Assembly (NCBI GenBank): GCA_051294375.1
Contig: CM119265.1
Coordinates: 20,306,966-20,370,965, forward strand
Source of the DNA: Paraspadella gotoi
Taxonomy: Eukaryota > Animalia > Chaetognatha
DNA length: 64,000 nt
Reading direction: 5' to 3'
Position numbers and translations under genes: made by a program
Shown: in pieces, positions 62,940 to 64,000 of the stretch
How positions within the stretch are numbered: the stretch's first letter is position 1
Layout: each line of letters opens with the position of its first letter
The notes under the pieces: generated by a model
The model's input: the letters and a program-made list of their open reading frames with translations, nothing else
Database searches by the model: none
Told to the model about the DNA's origin: nothing

Positions 62940-64000
62940 CAGAACAGAGACAGAGACAGAGACAGGGGGATTACAGAGAGAGATTGTACTATGAATAATT
63001 ACGAGAGAAACCAAAAATATTCTAAAATGAAAAAAAATCTATGTTCCCAACAAATTAAGGATAGAAAAAATATGAAAGAGATAAGGGGTAGAGACCAGGA
63101 TAAAAAGGGGAGGTTCGTCTACGTCGCCCGCGTTTTATCGCCGTCCGAGGCGCCACTTCTACAATAGAATGGAATACGGTGAATTGTGACGGAGTGAAAG
63201 AGTTTAGAAAGTAGTGGGAGTTTAGGAGAGAAGGCGGAGAAAGTGTTACGAATGGGGGAGCGAAAGCAGAGGGTGGAAGGAAAGAAGTAAGGAGAAAGTA
63301 GGAAGAAAGAAAGAAAGAAAGTAAAGAAGAAAAAAGAAAGAAAGAAAAAATGAAAAAAAAGAAAGAAAAAAAAGAAGGAAAGAAAGAAAGAAGGAAAGAA
63401 AGAAAAAGCGGACGGAGCGAGCAAAAAAAAAGGGGAGCGAGAGAGATAAGCAAGCGATTCCGGAAATATGAACCCATGATAATCGGAATGTCGCCCGTTT
63501 GAAGAGTGGAATCGTGATGGAGGCGGAGGAGGTTAGGGGCGTGGAAGGTGGTGCGGTGGCGATCGTGTTGATCTGATAGGGGCAAGCGAAGGCGAATGGA
63601 TGTGTGGGGGCATAAGAGTGAAAGGACTTTTAATGGGTTGGAAGCGAGATGGGAGAAAAGCGAAAGGAAGAAAGGAAGGTAAAAGGAAAGAGGGTAAGGG
63701 GTTTAGGGAGTGAAGGATTTAAAAGTCGATACTGGATAAGAAAAAAAAATGGCGGCGTAAAAGAGAAGATGTTGGAGAGCTGGAATAGTGAGAAATAGAA
63801 AACAAAAGAGCGGAAGAGAAAGGGCAAGAGAGAAAGAGAAGGAAAGATAAGATATGAAAAACATTTTTTTGGGGAAGAAAAAGATTTAAAAAAAAAGGAA
63901 GCTTGTCACGGAGGGTCGCCTGAGAGAGACGACTGGACGAAAAAGTCTTTATGACTGTGAAGTGTGATTATAAAATTTTTAAAAAATTAATTAGACCGAG

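Noticed and set aside
51300-63830. ORFs rich in RE, LS, FFLS or polyV
   Set aside because: Produced by GA/CT, GAAA and GAC microsatellites.

Overview
Eukaryotic (animal-like) genomic scaffold with five 10-N gaps. The minus strand carries a compact, GC-rich axonemal inner-arm dynein heavy chain gene (DNAH7-like, about 35 exons, 49119 to 34243). It stops at a splice donor just after the AAA3 large domain, and I see no further dynein exon in the remaining 34 kb. That stretch holds an antisense, AT-rich gene of about 28 exons (~771-34122) built from duplicated, symmetric phase-1 exons encoding a Lys/Glu/Cys-rich low-complexity protein. Its introns are packed with mobile elements: DINE-1/HINE-like elements, MITEs, a Penelope relic with hammerhead remnants, one complete TRIM and several solo LTRs. 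These LTRs share a terminal hairpin followed by a tRNA-like Pol III module. A second antisense intronless gene sits in another dynein intron. A calaxin/EFCAB1-like EF-hand gene hidden by many frameshifts lies at ~60.6-62.1 kb. Several introns appear to use GC donors and one appears to use a GA donor. All homology calls are by eye from remembered protein families; no searches were run.
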